Shown here: positions 19,101 through 27,312 of the stretch, one piece after another
How positions within the stretch are numbered: the first letter of the stretch is position 1
Layout: each line of letters begins with the position of its first letter
DNA from: an uncultured archaeon
Lineage (GTDB): Archaea; Iainarchaeota; Iainarchaeia; Iainarchaeales; DTGL01
Length of the DNA: 64,000 nucleotides
Assembly: GCA_964551725.1 (NCBI GenBank)
Contig: CAZKED010000001.1
Location: forward strand, 32,001-96,000
Direction of reading: 5' to 3'
Program-made: the position numbers and the translations under genes
Notes under the pieces: generated by a model
What the model was told of the DNA's origin: nothing
What the model saw: the letters and a program-made list of their open reading frames with translations, nothing else
Database searches by the model: none

Positions 19101-22100
19101 CCTGACCGGCACTCCGGACTACACGCTTTACTATGACGCAAACGGAACGGACTACAATGTTGTATTCTGCGACGACGATACGGCGGTGGCAAAGACTGAA
19201 CTCTATGTTCCCTTTACCTCGGACTCAAACGGAAGCGTGAGCAGGATAATCAGCGCGGGAAAGGTTTCAGGAGAAGCGCACGCAGGCCTTGAGGGAGCAA
19301 ACGGAAGGGTAAGGATTTTCTCGGATTCAAGCTGCACTGCGGGCAACGAAATAAGCACGCATATCGCTCCAACTACCGACGGAACCAACGCGGACTACAA
19401 TATTTTCTTCTACTCTCACATTGGCGCAGGCACTTACTATTTGCAGGCGGACAGGGCCTCAACATTCGCAACCTGTCAGTCATTCGACCTTGATGCGAAC
19501 GGCGGAACAATGCCGTTGAACATTGATGTTGAAGTGGAAGGAGAGGTTCCCACGGGCGTTGGCAAAATAAGAACTGATGTGAACAGCGCTTTCACAGCCG
19601 ACATTTCCGCAAACCAGTACTACATTTACGCGGGAAAGGGAGATGCAAGCGATATAGTGTACTTCGAGGACGGCGGGGACACAGTCCTTTACAGGACAAC
19701 GCAGGACATGTCGGGAAACGTGGCAAGCCTCGACATTGGAAGGATTGACGGAAACCTGCACGCAAACATTAGCACGGACGACAACGTGCAGGTGTACAAC
19801 GACGCTCACTGCGTTACATTGAGGAGCAGCGAGGACGTGAACGTTGACACAGCGAACTCAAACGTTTACTCGCGCTACTTTTACTCCGATAACGCAGGCA
19901 ACATTTTCCTCAAAGTGAGAGAAGGAAACTACAGGGAATGCATTTCTGTGGAAGAAGGAGACCAAAAGGCAACGATAAAAAACTATGATTTGAACTTTTT
20001 GGTTTACGGAAACCTCGGGGGAGACGTTAATGTAATAAAACTGGATTTGGCGCAGGACGGAACGGATGAAATAGACGCAAACATTGACGAAACAGCAACA
20101 CCTAACACTTATAAAATCTACTTCGACGGAAAGGACGGAAACGCAACATTTGACATAAACTTTTATAACGTAGGAACCAAAAGGCTGCAATTAGCAGGAA
20201 AGGATGCAACAAGCGACCTGAACGTGCACGTCGGAAGGGTTGCAGGAGAAATGCACGCAAACGCGAGCGCGGGAGCAAACGATGCAGTCACGGTTTACGT
20301 TACCTCCGACTGCGAAACAACGCTTGTAAGCAGCCAGACAGTCAATGCAACCGCTGCTGCCGGAGTCGACTACAGCCAGTACTTTGAGGGAGACGACACG
20401 GGCACATACTACGTGCAGTTGGCAAAAGACGGAAAGGCGAGAACATGCTCAAGCGGAATAACGCTCTCAAACCAAGAGAACACAAGCGTTGACTTCAACT
20501 ATGAAATAACCGGAATAATCCCGAACAGGGCATCGCTCGCAACAAAAGACATTAATGCAATAAAAGTCGCCAATTATATAGGAAGGGCGGTACAGCACGA
20601 CTACAATATGTACGTTGAAGGGGAAGGCCTTACTGCAACTGAAACAATCGCGTTCTATGACGACAACGCGGCAACTGCAACACTGCTGCTTACGAGGACA
20701 AAGGACCTTTCAAGCGGAAACACTATTGACGTGAACGTTGCATACGTGAGCGGTCCGACTCACGCAATCCTGACCGCAACGGACGACATCAACGTGTGCA
20801 ACATGGTTCCGGCGAGAACCACCACAGCGCCGGGATACTTCGGCAACTGCGACGTGCCCGGATTCAAGGTAAGCAGCGAGGACAGCACGAATGCGAACGA
20901 CTTCAATGTCTACTTTGAATACGACGGCAACTCGACATACTTCCTTGAAATCGTGGACACCAACGTAAGCACAGACTACAATTCATACCATAAAATAAAG
21001 AATGCAACAAAGGGCGCAATACTCTATGTTCCCTTGGACGGGGTGTTCAACGGAAAAGTAACGGAGGAATACGACACAAGCATTGGAATCGCGGATGCAA
21101 ACGTTGAATTGAGGACAGGCGCTGACGGAACGGACTGGAACGCATACACTTTCACCGTGAGCGACGGAAACTATGCGGCATTCGGCAACACCCTTGCAGG
21201 CGAACAGGACTTCAGGTTCTCCAAAGCAGGATACATTACAAGGGACTGGTCAACGAACGCGGGACAAATGAAAGACCAGCAATTGTCAGCCACACTGGAC
21301 ACAAACCTGCCGTCAGGCGTATACGTAACAGTGGTGGATTCCGGAGGACAGCCCATTACGGACGCGAACGTTGCACTGCTGAGCGATGTTACAACCACGC
21401 CGCACACCGTGCTGACCGGCTGCGTAAAGCCATCAGGACGCTGTCAGAGGGACAGCAACAACTATGCAGGCGGAGTTTACACATTCTCGGGATTCACGCT
21501 GCCCGACGACATTGTAATCAAGGTTTCAAAGCCGGGATACGAAACAGTGCTTGTCCCGGACTACAACGGAGGAACAGCAGTATACCACACCGTCACAAGT
21601 TCGAGCCAGTGGGCTCCAACAATAACGTTCACTAACGTTGCCCCAGGCGCTGTTTCATTGAGAACTCCGCTGGACAACACATACGAGTCAACTACTACGC
21701 CCACACTTAAATGGTTCGACTTAAACGTGGACGAAATAAACTACAAAGTGCAGGTGGACGACGACTTCAACTTCGGCTCAATGGCGGTGAACACCTACAC
21801 CGGGGGAGGAAACATTGTCGCATACACCGTGCCTGCTGCAACGCTGGCCAACGGCTCAACCTACTACTGGAGGGTAAGAGCCTACGATGGAGTTAGCGAT
21901 GGCGACTGGTCGGATATTAGGAGCTTCACGATTGACGGCACTGCCCCGGCTGCACCCACAATAGGAATCAACACAAACGAGGTATACGTAAACACAGTGT
22001 CAATAACGGTAACTGTTACAAGCAACGGGGCATATTACTGCAGGTTAAGCAATGACGGAACAAGCTGGGCGGGCTGGCAGGACTACAATGGAGCGGACAA

Positions 22101-25100
22101 AAACTATCCCTGGACGCTCACAGCGGGAGACGGAACAAAAACGGTTTACGTTGCCTGCAAAAACAATGCGGGACTTGAAGCAAGCAATTCAGAAAACGTG
22201 GTACTCGACACAACCGCGCCGGACGGCGTGAGCATTGCAATAAACGACGGAAACCAGTTCACTACAAGCAGGGACATAACAATTGACGTTAACGCACTGA
22301 ACGCAAAAACATGCGAGTACAGCGTTGACGGAACAACCTGGGACACGGTGACAGACTGCAACACCGAAAACTTCAACACGCCGAACGACCTGCCGGCAGG
22401 AGACGGATTGAAAACGGTGTGGTTAAAGGCAACGGATGCCGTGGGAAACTTCACAACCGCAAGCGCTACAATAACACTGGACACTACAGCGCCTGACACA
22501 GCGCCAACGGCAACCGCAACAGAGAGCGGCAACCAGATTGTTGTAACATGGACAGCCGGCTCTGACGCAACAAGCGGCGTTGACTATTACAACCTTTACA
22601 GGAAAACAAGCGACGGAGTCGCAAAAACGGACACATTCGTGGCAGGCGGACTGAAAGGGCAGTCATATGTTGACTCGCCGGGAGTCAGCGGAAACTTCTG
22701 GTATGCCCTGACTGCGGTGGACTACGCGGGAAACGAGTCGGCAATCGGCACGGATTATGAAGCAGCGGTCGACTTCAATGCGCCGACGGGAACAGTAATA
22801 GTAATAAACGACGGGAACGATTACACTAGGAGCAGGAACGTCACAATTGACACCAACGCTTCGGGCGCAGACATCTGCGAATATTCAACAGACGGATGGG
22901 CAACCGTGGTAGCAATAACCTGTGATTCAGTGAACACCGCGGTAACGCTGCCCGACGGCGAGGGAGTGAAGACTGTATCCTTCAAGGCAACCGATGCGAA
23001 TGCAAACGTGACGAATGCCGCGGACACAATAATCTACGATGCTACTGCACCAAACACCGAGCCGGTTGCAACCGCAGCATTATTGAACAACACTATAAGG
23101 CTCAACTGGACTGCTGCGGCAGACGCACTGAGCGGAATAAAGGAATACAGGGTTTACAGGAACAGGGGCGCAGCGCCAACACTGCACTCCGATTACATGC
23201 TTGTCGGCGGCGTTACAGGGCTTGTTTACACGGACCAGCCCACTTCAACAGGCACGTATTACTATAAGATAGTCGCAGTGGACAATTCGGACAACAACTC
23301 GGACGGAAGCAATACGGTGAACCAAGCGGTTGACTTTAACGCTCCAGTCGGAGTGAGCATTACAATAAACGACGGAAACCAGTACATTACCGACAGGACA
23401 AAAGCAACAATTGACGTTAACGCATTGGGAGCGGACAACTGCCATTACAGTACCGACGGAGGAGCAACGGAAACACCAATAGCGTGCACCGCTGCTGATA
23501 CAGCGATAACGCTGCCTGCGGGAGACGGATTGAAGACAGTAATATTCTACGCAAGGGACTCAAACAACAACGCGACAACGGCAACGGACACAATAAAGCT
23601 TGATTCAACAAACCCGGCGAACGTTACAGGAACGCTTGCAGTTGTTTCAGGACAGCAGATAAAGGTTACATGGAACCAGGGAACGGACGCCACAAGCGGC
23701 GTTGACTACTACAAGATTTACAGGGATACCACAAGCGGGTTCGCTATTGCAGCCAACAAATATCTAGGGGAAACAAAGAACGTGTATTACTGGGACGCGC
23801 CGGGAAGCGGAACATACTACTACAAGGTCACTGCAGTTGACTACGCCGGAAATGAAGGCACCACAACCGATCAGAATCACGCTGAACTCGACAAGACAGC
23901 ACCCCAGACATCATTGCTCAGCATAAACGGGGGAGCATTGTACACTAATTCCGTAAACGTAACGCTGGCTTTGTTCAGTTCGGACAACAATGCTGTAGAA
24001 CACTGCTGGGCAAGCAATGATGGCAATACGTGGACAAGCATTGGAACCGTGGCAAGCTATGCCTGGGCTCTAAGTGCAGGCAATGGAGTAAAGTCAGTGT
24101 TCTACGTTTGCGAGGACTATTCCGATAACAACTCTGCATTGAGCACCAAAACAATAATGCTTGACGCAACCGCGCCGAGCACCCCGGTTGCAGTGTGGCC
24201 GCTGGCTGCCGCGGTGTCAGGAGAAACATTCATGTGGGACTGGAACGCGTCAGTGGATGCCAATGTACCGGACGGGAACAGCGGAGTGCACCACTATTAC
24301 GTGCAGTTGACAAGGAACGGGACATTCCTGCAGGACGAAAACGTTTACGACACGCACTTGACGCTTGTGGGACGCACTCCCGGAGTTTACGTGCTGACAG
24401 TTGCCGGCGTGGACAACGCAGGAAACCAGTCGGGAACGCTGACGTTCTCCAACGTAACGGTTGATTTGACAATTCCAAGCGCTGCACCCACCAACCCGTT
24501 GCTCAATACGGGAGAGAGATTCAAGTGGACAAACAGCACAAGCGTTGACTTCAACTTTACTGCAACGGACGACACGGCTGTTTCAGCATGCCTGATAACA
24601 CCCTACAAGAACAAAGTAGCACAGACAGCGGTGGCAGTTGTTCCGGTAGGAGGAGTGTGCGGTTACACTTTAACCAGCCTGTCAAGCGGGGATTCAGCAT
24701 ATGCTACAATTGACGTTAACGACAGCGTGGGCAACTGGAGCGGCAGCACAGTGAACACAGCAACCTACATTGTTGACACCACAGCGCCTGGAGTCGCAAT
24801 AATCTCCCCGACATCAAGCTCAATACTCAGCGACACAACTCCAACGGTTAGATTCCACGCTTGGGACAGCTACGAGGAAAGCGACGTGAACACGGACTCG
24901 TTCGTGATTGACACCAACGGAGTGACAAGGGTTGTTACAATAACGTGCGACAACAACGCTCCCAACAGCTGGGACTGCAACTTTGATGTATCGCCGGCAT
25001 TCGCTGACCCGAGCACGGACCAGAATCTTGAAGTAACAGTGTACGACAGGGCAGGAAACAGTTCCACTGCAACAGTAACGGACCTGAACTTTGACTCAAG

Positions 25101-25527
25101 CGATTACATAACAGTGGTAGATGTCAACGCGCACAAGTCAAGGGGAACAAATGCCAATACCTATGCAACTGGATGGCAGTGGGACTTCAACATCATTCTC
25201 GGAACAGCTTCGGGCAACGACAAGAACAAGATAAGGTTCAAGCTGGCAAACTTCACTACTAGTTCAAACTATGCTGGGCTGAAAACGCTCGCGGTTGACG
25301 GAAACGCGAGAATGGTCTACGACGCCAACGTCGGCGGAGCACAGTCTACGCAGACGTACAACATACAGACAGACTACAACGCTCAGAGAACAGTATATGC
25401 ACTTTGGGACCACAACCCGAATACCGCGGGAATAGACGCAAACTTCTACATACAGGTGAAAATCCCAAGCCCCATGGCTTCGGGAACCTACAGGTCAACC
25501 TACGGCATAAGGTCGTATAGCAGCTAA
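16105..25527 (+). CDS. 3140-aa secreted multi-domain surface protein without a C-terminal TM anchor
   Basis: AGGAGGT ribosome-binding site and signal peptide ending IGTASA. About ten N-terminal repeats with DYNQYF-like motifs, then carboxypeptidase-regulatory-like and FN3/Ig-like domains (YYWRVRAYD, DTTAP, AVDYAGN). Ends in GTYRSTYGIRSYSS. Confidence 0.88.
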   Translation: MNCKGAEKNSKNALTNFKGERSPPGFSQTKRLLLFAVLFTSLLLAIGTASATFRVRGDFPDTGLNYRVEAYDTAQANMCDGTPDNPGVDVNYFSSVYAAGDSSYDDDDDYDETSGSDLGGATLVYFYLCGPGGNAAAKVVEFTKVVNDGDDLEIDIGYVNGGGNTHNNLTGDYVFVCSAYGGYLLSSVNKQPTDGEGYTQYFYIDKNSVGTDADNPIDTAYVFFDNDTTNPCTWDDSKMAGRAIDLNASTPDNFGVYATYEPDQLSSGDTHMVLRDANIAVYNSSGKNVGLAHVGSFADGDGTLVDYNMYFDNPASGNLTIVLTPDGTPVSTAHKTNVYNVDRTIFSGGDYDFVVDVNEATGISTALNKVRVNMSKDTDAVYYQTVPTTSGATKVYDLFIDNNGTGWDDIQYMIGDVNEFIAKRNLSSETDRPIDVARVYGETDANLESGDDMIEIYSDSNCADANILNSQIEYPTETAGGNDYNQFFDVNGKATFYMKIKMRDGANDYNTCGNAFTLTSQEANQDITVDVTGKVPDGNISVIAVDIDQDGTDDANTVNVHSGVYHVFSVTDATLDENVIFYNGPYANDTVELTRIEDLSTAGTKTVNVAMVSGSTHTILNDGDAEDIITIHSDGACTTLLSSKNENPLTARTPDYNQYYESNGDINYYIKVNARRNATDYVSCIRLAGSGNGAVDNINIDQAIDGNAPVDVHRVGIDWTTANTINDVNSDVVGTGFLAFTPSASAGAEANIRFFDASGKLLLSRQKDLSTGGKQDINVANVGGDAHTVLEQGSSTIAVYSGFDNTTGALSTLVSSETVNPADAGGADYNQYFEYSGIDQNYFLKVTVVKNGVSYDTNGNVFMVDNTHFTGTTFIDHTDMTIDLTVDKDGNVTSDIHNVGIDYNQDGVMEAFAQVHGGQYHLVAQPDADGVDVNFYDSGRNSVFGTKRAALTAGNVKINVSKVSGELPSGFEGDNAYLQFDTNTCTINVYGDFNAVAATLTGTPDYTLYYDANGTDYNVVFCDDDTAVAKTELYVPFTSDSNGSVSRIISAGKVSGEAHAGLEGANGRVRIFSDSSCTAGNEISTHIAPTTDGTNADYNIFFYSHIGAGTYYLQADRASTFATCQSFDLDANGGTMPLNIDVEVEGEVPTGVGKIRTDVNSAFTADISANQYYIYAGKGDASDIVYFEDGGDTVLYRTTQDMSGNVASLDIGRIDGNLHANISTDDNVQVYNDAHCVTLRSSEDVNVDTANSNVYSRYFYSDNAGNIFLKVREGNYRECISVEEGDQKATIKNYDLNFLVYGNLGGDVNVIKLDLAQDGTDEIDANIDETATPNTYKIYFDGKDGNATFDINFYNVGTKRLQLAGKDATSDLNVHVGRVAGEMHANASAGANDAVTVYVTSDCETTLVSSQTVNATAAAGVDYSQYFEGDDTGTYYVQLAKDGKARTCSSGITLSNQENTSVDFNYEITGIIPNRASLATKDINAIKVANYIGRAVQHDYNMYVEGEGLTATETIAFYDDNAATATLLLTRTKDLSSGNTIDVNVAYVSGPTHAILTATDDINVCNMVPARTTTAPGYFGNCDVPGFKVSSEDSTNANDFNVYFEYDGNSTYFLEIVDTNVSTDYNSYHKIKNATKGAILYVPLDGVFNGKVTEEYDTSIGIADANVELRTGADGTDWNAYTFTVSDGNYAAFGNTLAGEQDFRFSKAGYITRDWSTNAGQMKDQQLSATLDTNLPSGVYVTVVDSGGQPITDANVALLSDVTTTPHTVLTGCVKPSGRCQRDSNNYAGGVYTFSGFTLPDDIVIKVSKPGYETVLVPDYNGGTAVYHTVTSSSQWAPTITFTNVAPGAVSLRTPLDNTYESTTTPTLKWFDLNVDEINYKVQVDDDFNFGSMAVNTYTGGGNIVAYTVPAATLANGSTYYWRVRAYDGVSDGDWSDIRSFTIDGTAPAAPTIGINTNEVYVNTVSITVTVTSNGAYYCRLSNDGTSWAGWQDYNGADKNYPWTLTAGDGTKTVYVACKNNAGLEASNSENVVLDTTAPDGVSIAINDGNQFTTSRDITIDVNALNAKTCEYSVDGTTWDTVTDCNTENFNTPNDLPAGDGLKTVWLKATDAVGNFTTASATITLDTTAPDTAPTATATESGNQIVVTWTAGSDATSGVDYYNLYRKTSDGVAKTDTFVAGGLKGQSYVDSPGVSGNFWYALTAVDYAGNESAIGTDYEAAVDFNAPTGTVIVINDGNDYTRSRNVTIDTNASGADICEYSTDGWATVVAITCDSVNTAVTLPDGEGVKTVSFKATDANANVTNAADTIIYDATAPNTEPVATAALLNNTIRLNWTAAADALSGIKEYRVYRNRGAAPTLHSDYMLVGGVTGLVYTDQPTSTGTYYYKIVAVDNSDNNSDGSNTVNQAVDFNAPVGVSITINDGNQYITDRTKATIDVNALGADNCHYSTDGGATETPIACTAADTAITLPAGDGLKTVIFYARDSNNNATTATDTIKLDSTNPANVTGTLAVVSGQQIKVTWNQGTDATSGVDYYKIYRDTTSGFAIAANKYLGETKNVYYWDAPGSGTYYYKVTAVDYAGNEGTTTDQNHAELDKTAPQTSLLSINGGALYTNSVNVTLALFSSDNNAVEHCWASNDGNTWTSIGTVASYAWALSAGNGVKSVFYVCEDYSDNNSALSTKTIMLDATAPSTPVAVWPLAAAVSGETFMWDWNASVDANVPDGNSGVHHYYVQLTRNGTFLQDENVYDTHLTLVGRTPGVYVLTVAGVDNAGNQSGTLTFSNVTVDLTIPSAAPTNPLLNTGERFKWTNSTSVDFNFTATDDTAVSACLITPYKNKVAQTAVAVVPVGGVCGYTLTSLSSGDSAYATIDVNDSVGNWSGSTVNTATYIVDTTAPGVAIISPTSSSILSDTTPTVRFHAWDSYEESDVNTDSFVIDTNGVTRVVTITCDNNAPNSWDCNFDVSPAFADPSTDQNLEVTVYDRAGNSSTATVTDLNFDSSDYITVVDVNAHKSRGTNANTYATGWQWDFNIILGTASGNDKNKIRFKLANFTTSSNYAGLKTLAVDGNARMVYDANVGGAQSTQTYNIQTDYNAQRTVYALWDHNPNTAGIDANFYIQVKIPSPMASGTYRSTYGIRSYSS

Positions 25528-25549
25528 AAATGAAAAGGAGTAGAATGCT

Positions 25550-27193
25550 ATGAATAAACTCAGGGCTTCGGCCCTTTTATTTTTTATTTTAATTCTTGGA
25601 ATAATGTTCATCAACGCAGCGGAAATAACAGGCACTATTGGCCCTGACGAAAACACGCAGAGCGGCTTTACCGGAGATAGCGGACCGGAAGGGGAAAATT
25701 TACTTACAAACGGCACTGCCTGCGATACAAACTCGCAGTGCAATTCCGGGCACTGTGCTTCGGACTACGATGGAGTGGGAAAATGGTGTGCTGCAGTGAA
25801 TTACTGCGTGCACAACGGCACAATCACTTATTCCAACGGGAGTACGCTTTGCTCTAATGCAAGCACGCAGCAGACATGCACTAACGGAACGTGGATTGCG
25901 ACAATCTGCACCGGAAGCTGCACAGGAGGAAAATGCGTTGCGGCCACCCCCACACCGACTCCTTCTGCGCCTCCAAGCGGGGGACAGCAACAGGGACCCG
26001 GTGGAGGAGCAGCGCCGGGGGCATCGCCGAGCCCCAGCCCGAGCGCAACCGCCACTCCGTCGCCCACTCCAACGCCGGAAGAGGAAACCGTGCTCGAGAC
26101 CTCGAAAACGGGAACCGTGACCGCGGGGGACGTTGACAAGGTCTTGGATGAAGCCGGGGTAACCGATCCCGAGGAGAAGAAAAAGGCGCAGGTTGCAACA
26201 GGGCTGGAATACAAAAAAGAAATGAAGGTTGTGAAGAAAACAGACCCTGAAACAGGCGAGGTAACCTACGAATCGCAGTTCACCATTACGGTCAGGAACC
26301 CGACGGACAAAAAACTCACCAACTTCTGCGTAATTCAGAGAATTCCCCCCGAAACAGGGGCAACAGCCGAAACATTCAGTTCCCCTTACGAGTATTCAAT
26401 ACTCTCCGAGGAACCACTGATAGTGCAGTGGTGCATAGGAGAACTCGGACCGCATGAATCCGTGAAAATAAAGTTCACAATAATGGAGCAGTTGACAGAG
26501 GAGGAATTCGACCTGTTTTCCGCCATAGGAACAGGCATAGAGGAAGAAGTGATAGTTGTAGGCAAGGGAAACGTGAAAGTCACGCTTTATGACTCGGAAA
26601 CCGGCGCAGTCCTCGCGGTGCCGGTGAACGTAAAAATTTTCAGTGAAGACGGAGAGCTTGCGGCGGAAAAAATCGCCGCTCAGGGAAGCGTTGAATTCTT
26701 AGCCCTCAGCCCAGGAAATTATTGGATTGAAACAGAGAAAACAGAAGAATACGAGGCGGGAGAATCAAGCACTTTTAAAGTGAAAGCGGACGAAACCGCG
26801 GAAGTGTCAATAAGCCTAGAGCCAGTGGAAGAGGTAATAATCCCGCCCGAGGCGGACTTGAGCGGCTTGATGTGGCTTATCATTATAGTGGCGGTGCTCG
26901 GTTTGCTGTACTATTTCAGGAAGCCGATTCTCGGAATGTTCGCGGCAAAGCCGGCTGCAAGGAAGGCGAAGACGCCGCTCGAAGAAGCCGCTGAGGAAGC
27001 GGAAAAGGCGGCTCCGGCAGCGCCTGCAGTAGAAGCCGAAAAACCAGCCAAACCGCCCAAAAAGAAGAAGAAAAAGAAAAGGAAGAAGCGAAAGAAGCGC
27101 AAGAAGAAAAAGAAGAAAAAGCCGAAGAAAGAGGAAAAGCCGGCCGAGCCCGCTCCCGTCATAGGCGGCGAGGGCACGGAATTCGGGGAATGA
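25550..27193 (+). CDS. Single-pass surface protein with Cys-rich N-terminus, P/T/G linker, Ig-like domains and a polybasic tail
   Basis: Signal peptide, CDTNSQCNSGHC-type Cys module, TPTPTPS/GPGGG linker, TM LMWLIIIVAVLGLLYYF and a K7RK2RK2RK7 run. Confidence 0.85.
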   Translation: MNKLRASALLFFILILGIMFINAAEITGTIGPDENTQSGFTGDSGPEGENLLTNGTACDTNSQCNSGHCASDYDGVGKWCAAVNYCVHNGTITYSNGSTLCSNASTQQTCTNGTWIATICTGSCTGGKCVAATPTPTPSAPPSGGQQQGPGGGAAPGASPSPSPSATATPSPTPTPEEETVLETSKTGTVTAGDVDKVLDEAGVTDPEEKKKAQVATGLEYKKEMKVVKKTDPETGEVTYESQFTITVRNPTDKKLTNFCVIQRIPPETGATAETFSSPYEYSILSEEPLIVQWCIGELGPHESVKIKFTIMEQLTEEEFDLFSAIGTGIEEEVIVVGKGNVKVTLYDSETGAVLAVPVNVKIFSEDGELAAEKIAAQGSVEFLALSPGNYWIETEKTEEYEAGESSTFKVKADETAEVSISLEPVEEVIIPPEADLSGLMWLIIIVAVLGLLYYFRKPILGMFAAKPAARKAKTPLEEAAEEAEKAAPAAPAVEAEKPAKPPKKKKKKKRKKRKKRKKKKKKKPKKEEKPAEPAPVIGGEGTEFGE

Positions 27194-27312
27194 GCAAATT
27201 CCCTGCTTCTTTTTTTATTTTCTGTTTTTTTAAGTAGTTGGCGCTTTGCTGAACTGGCATTAGCGTTAAAAGAATTTTCTTTCCCTATTTTTCCGCTGAG
27301 AGAGTTGATTGA

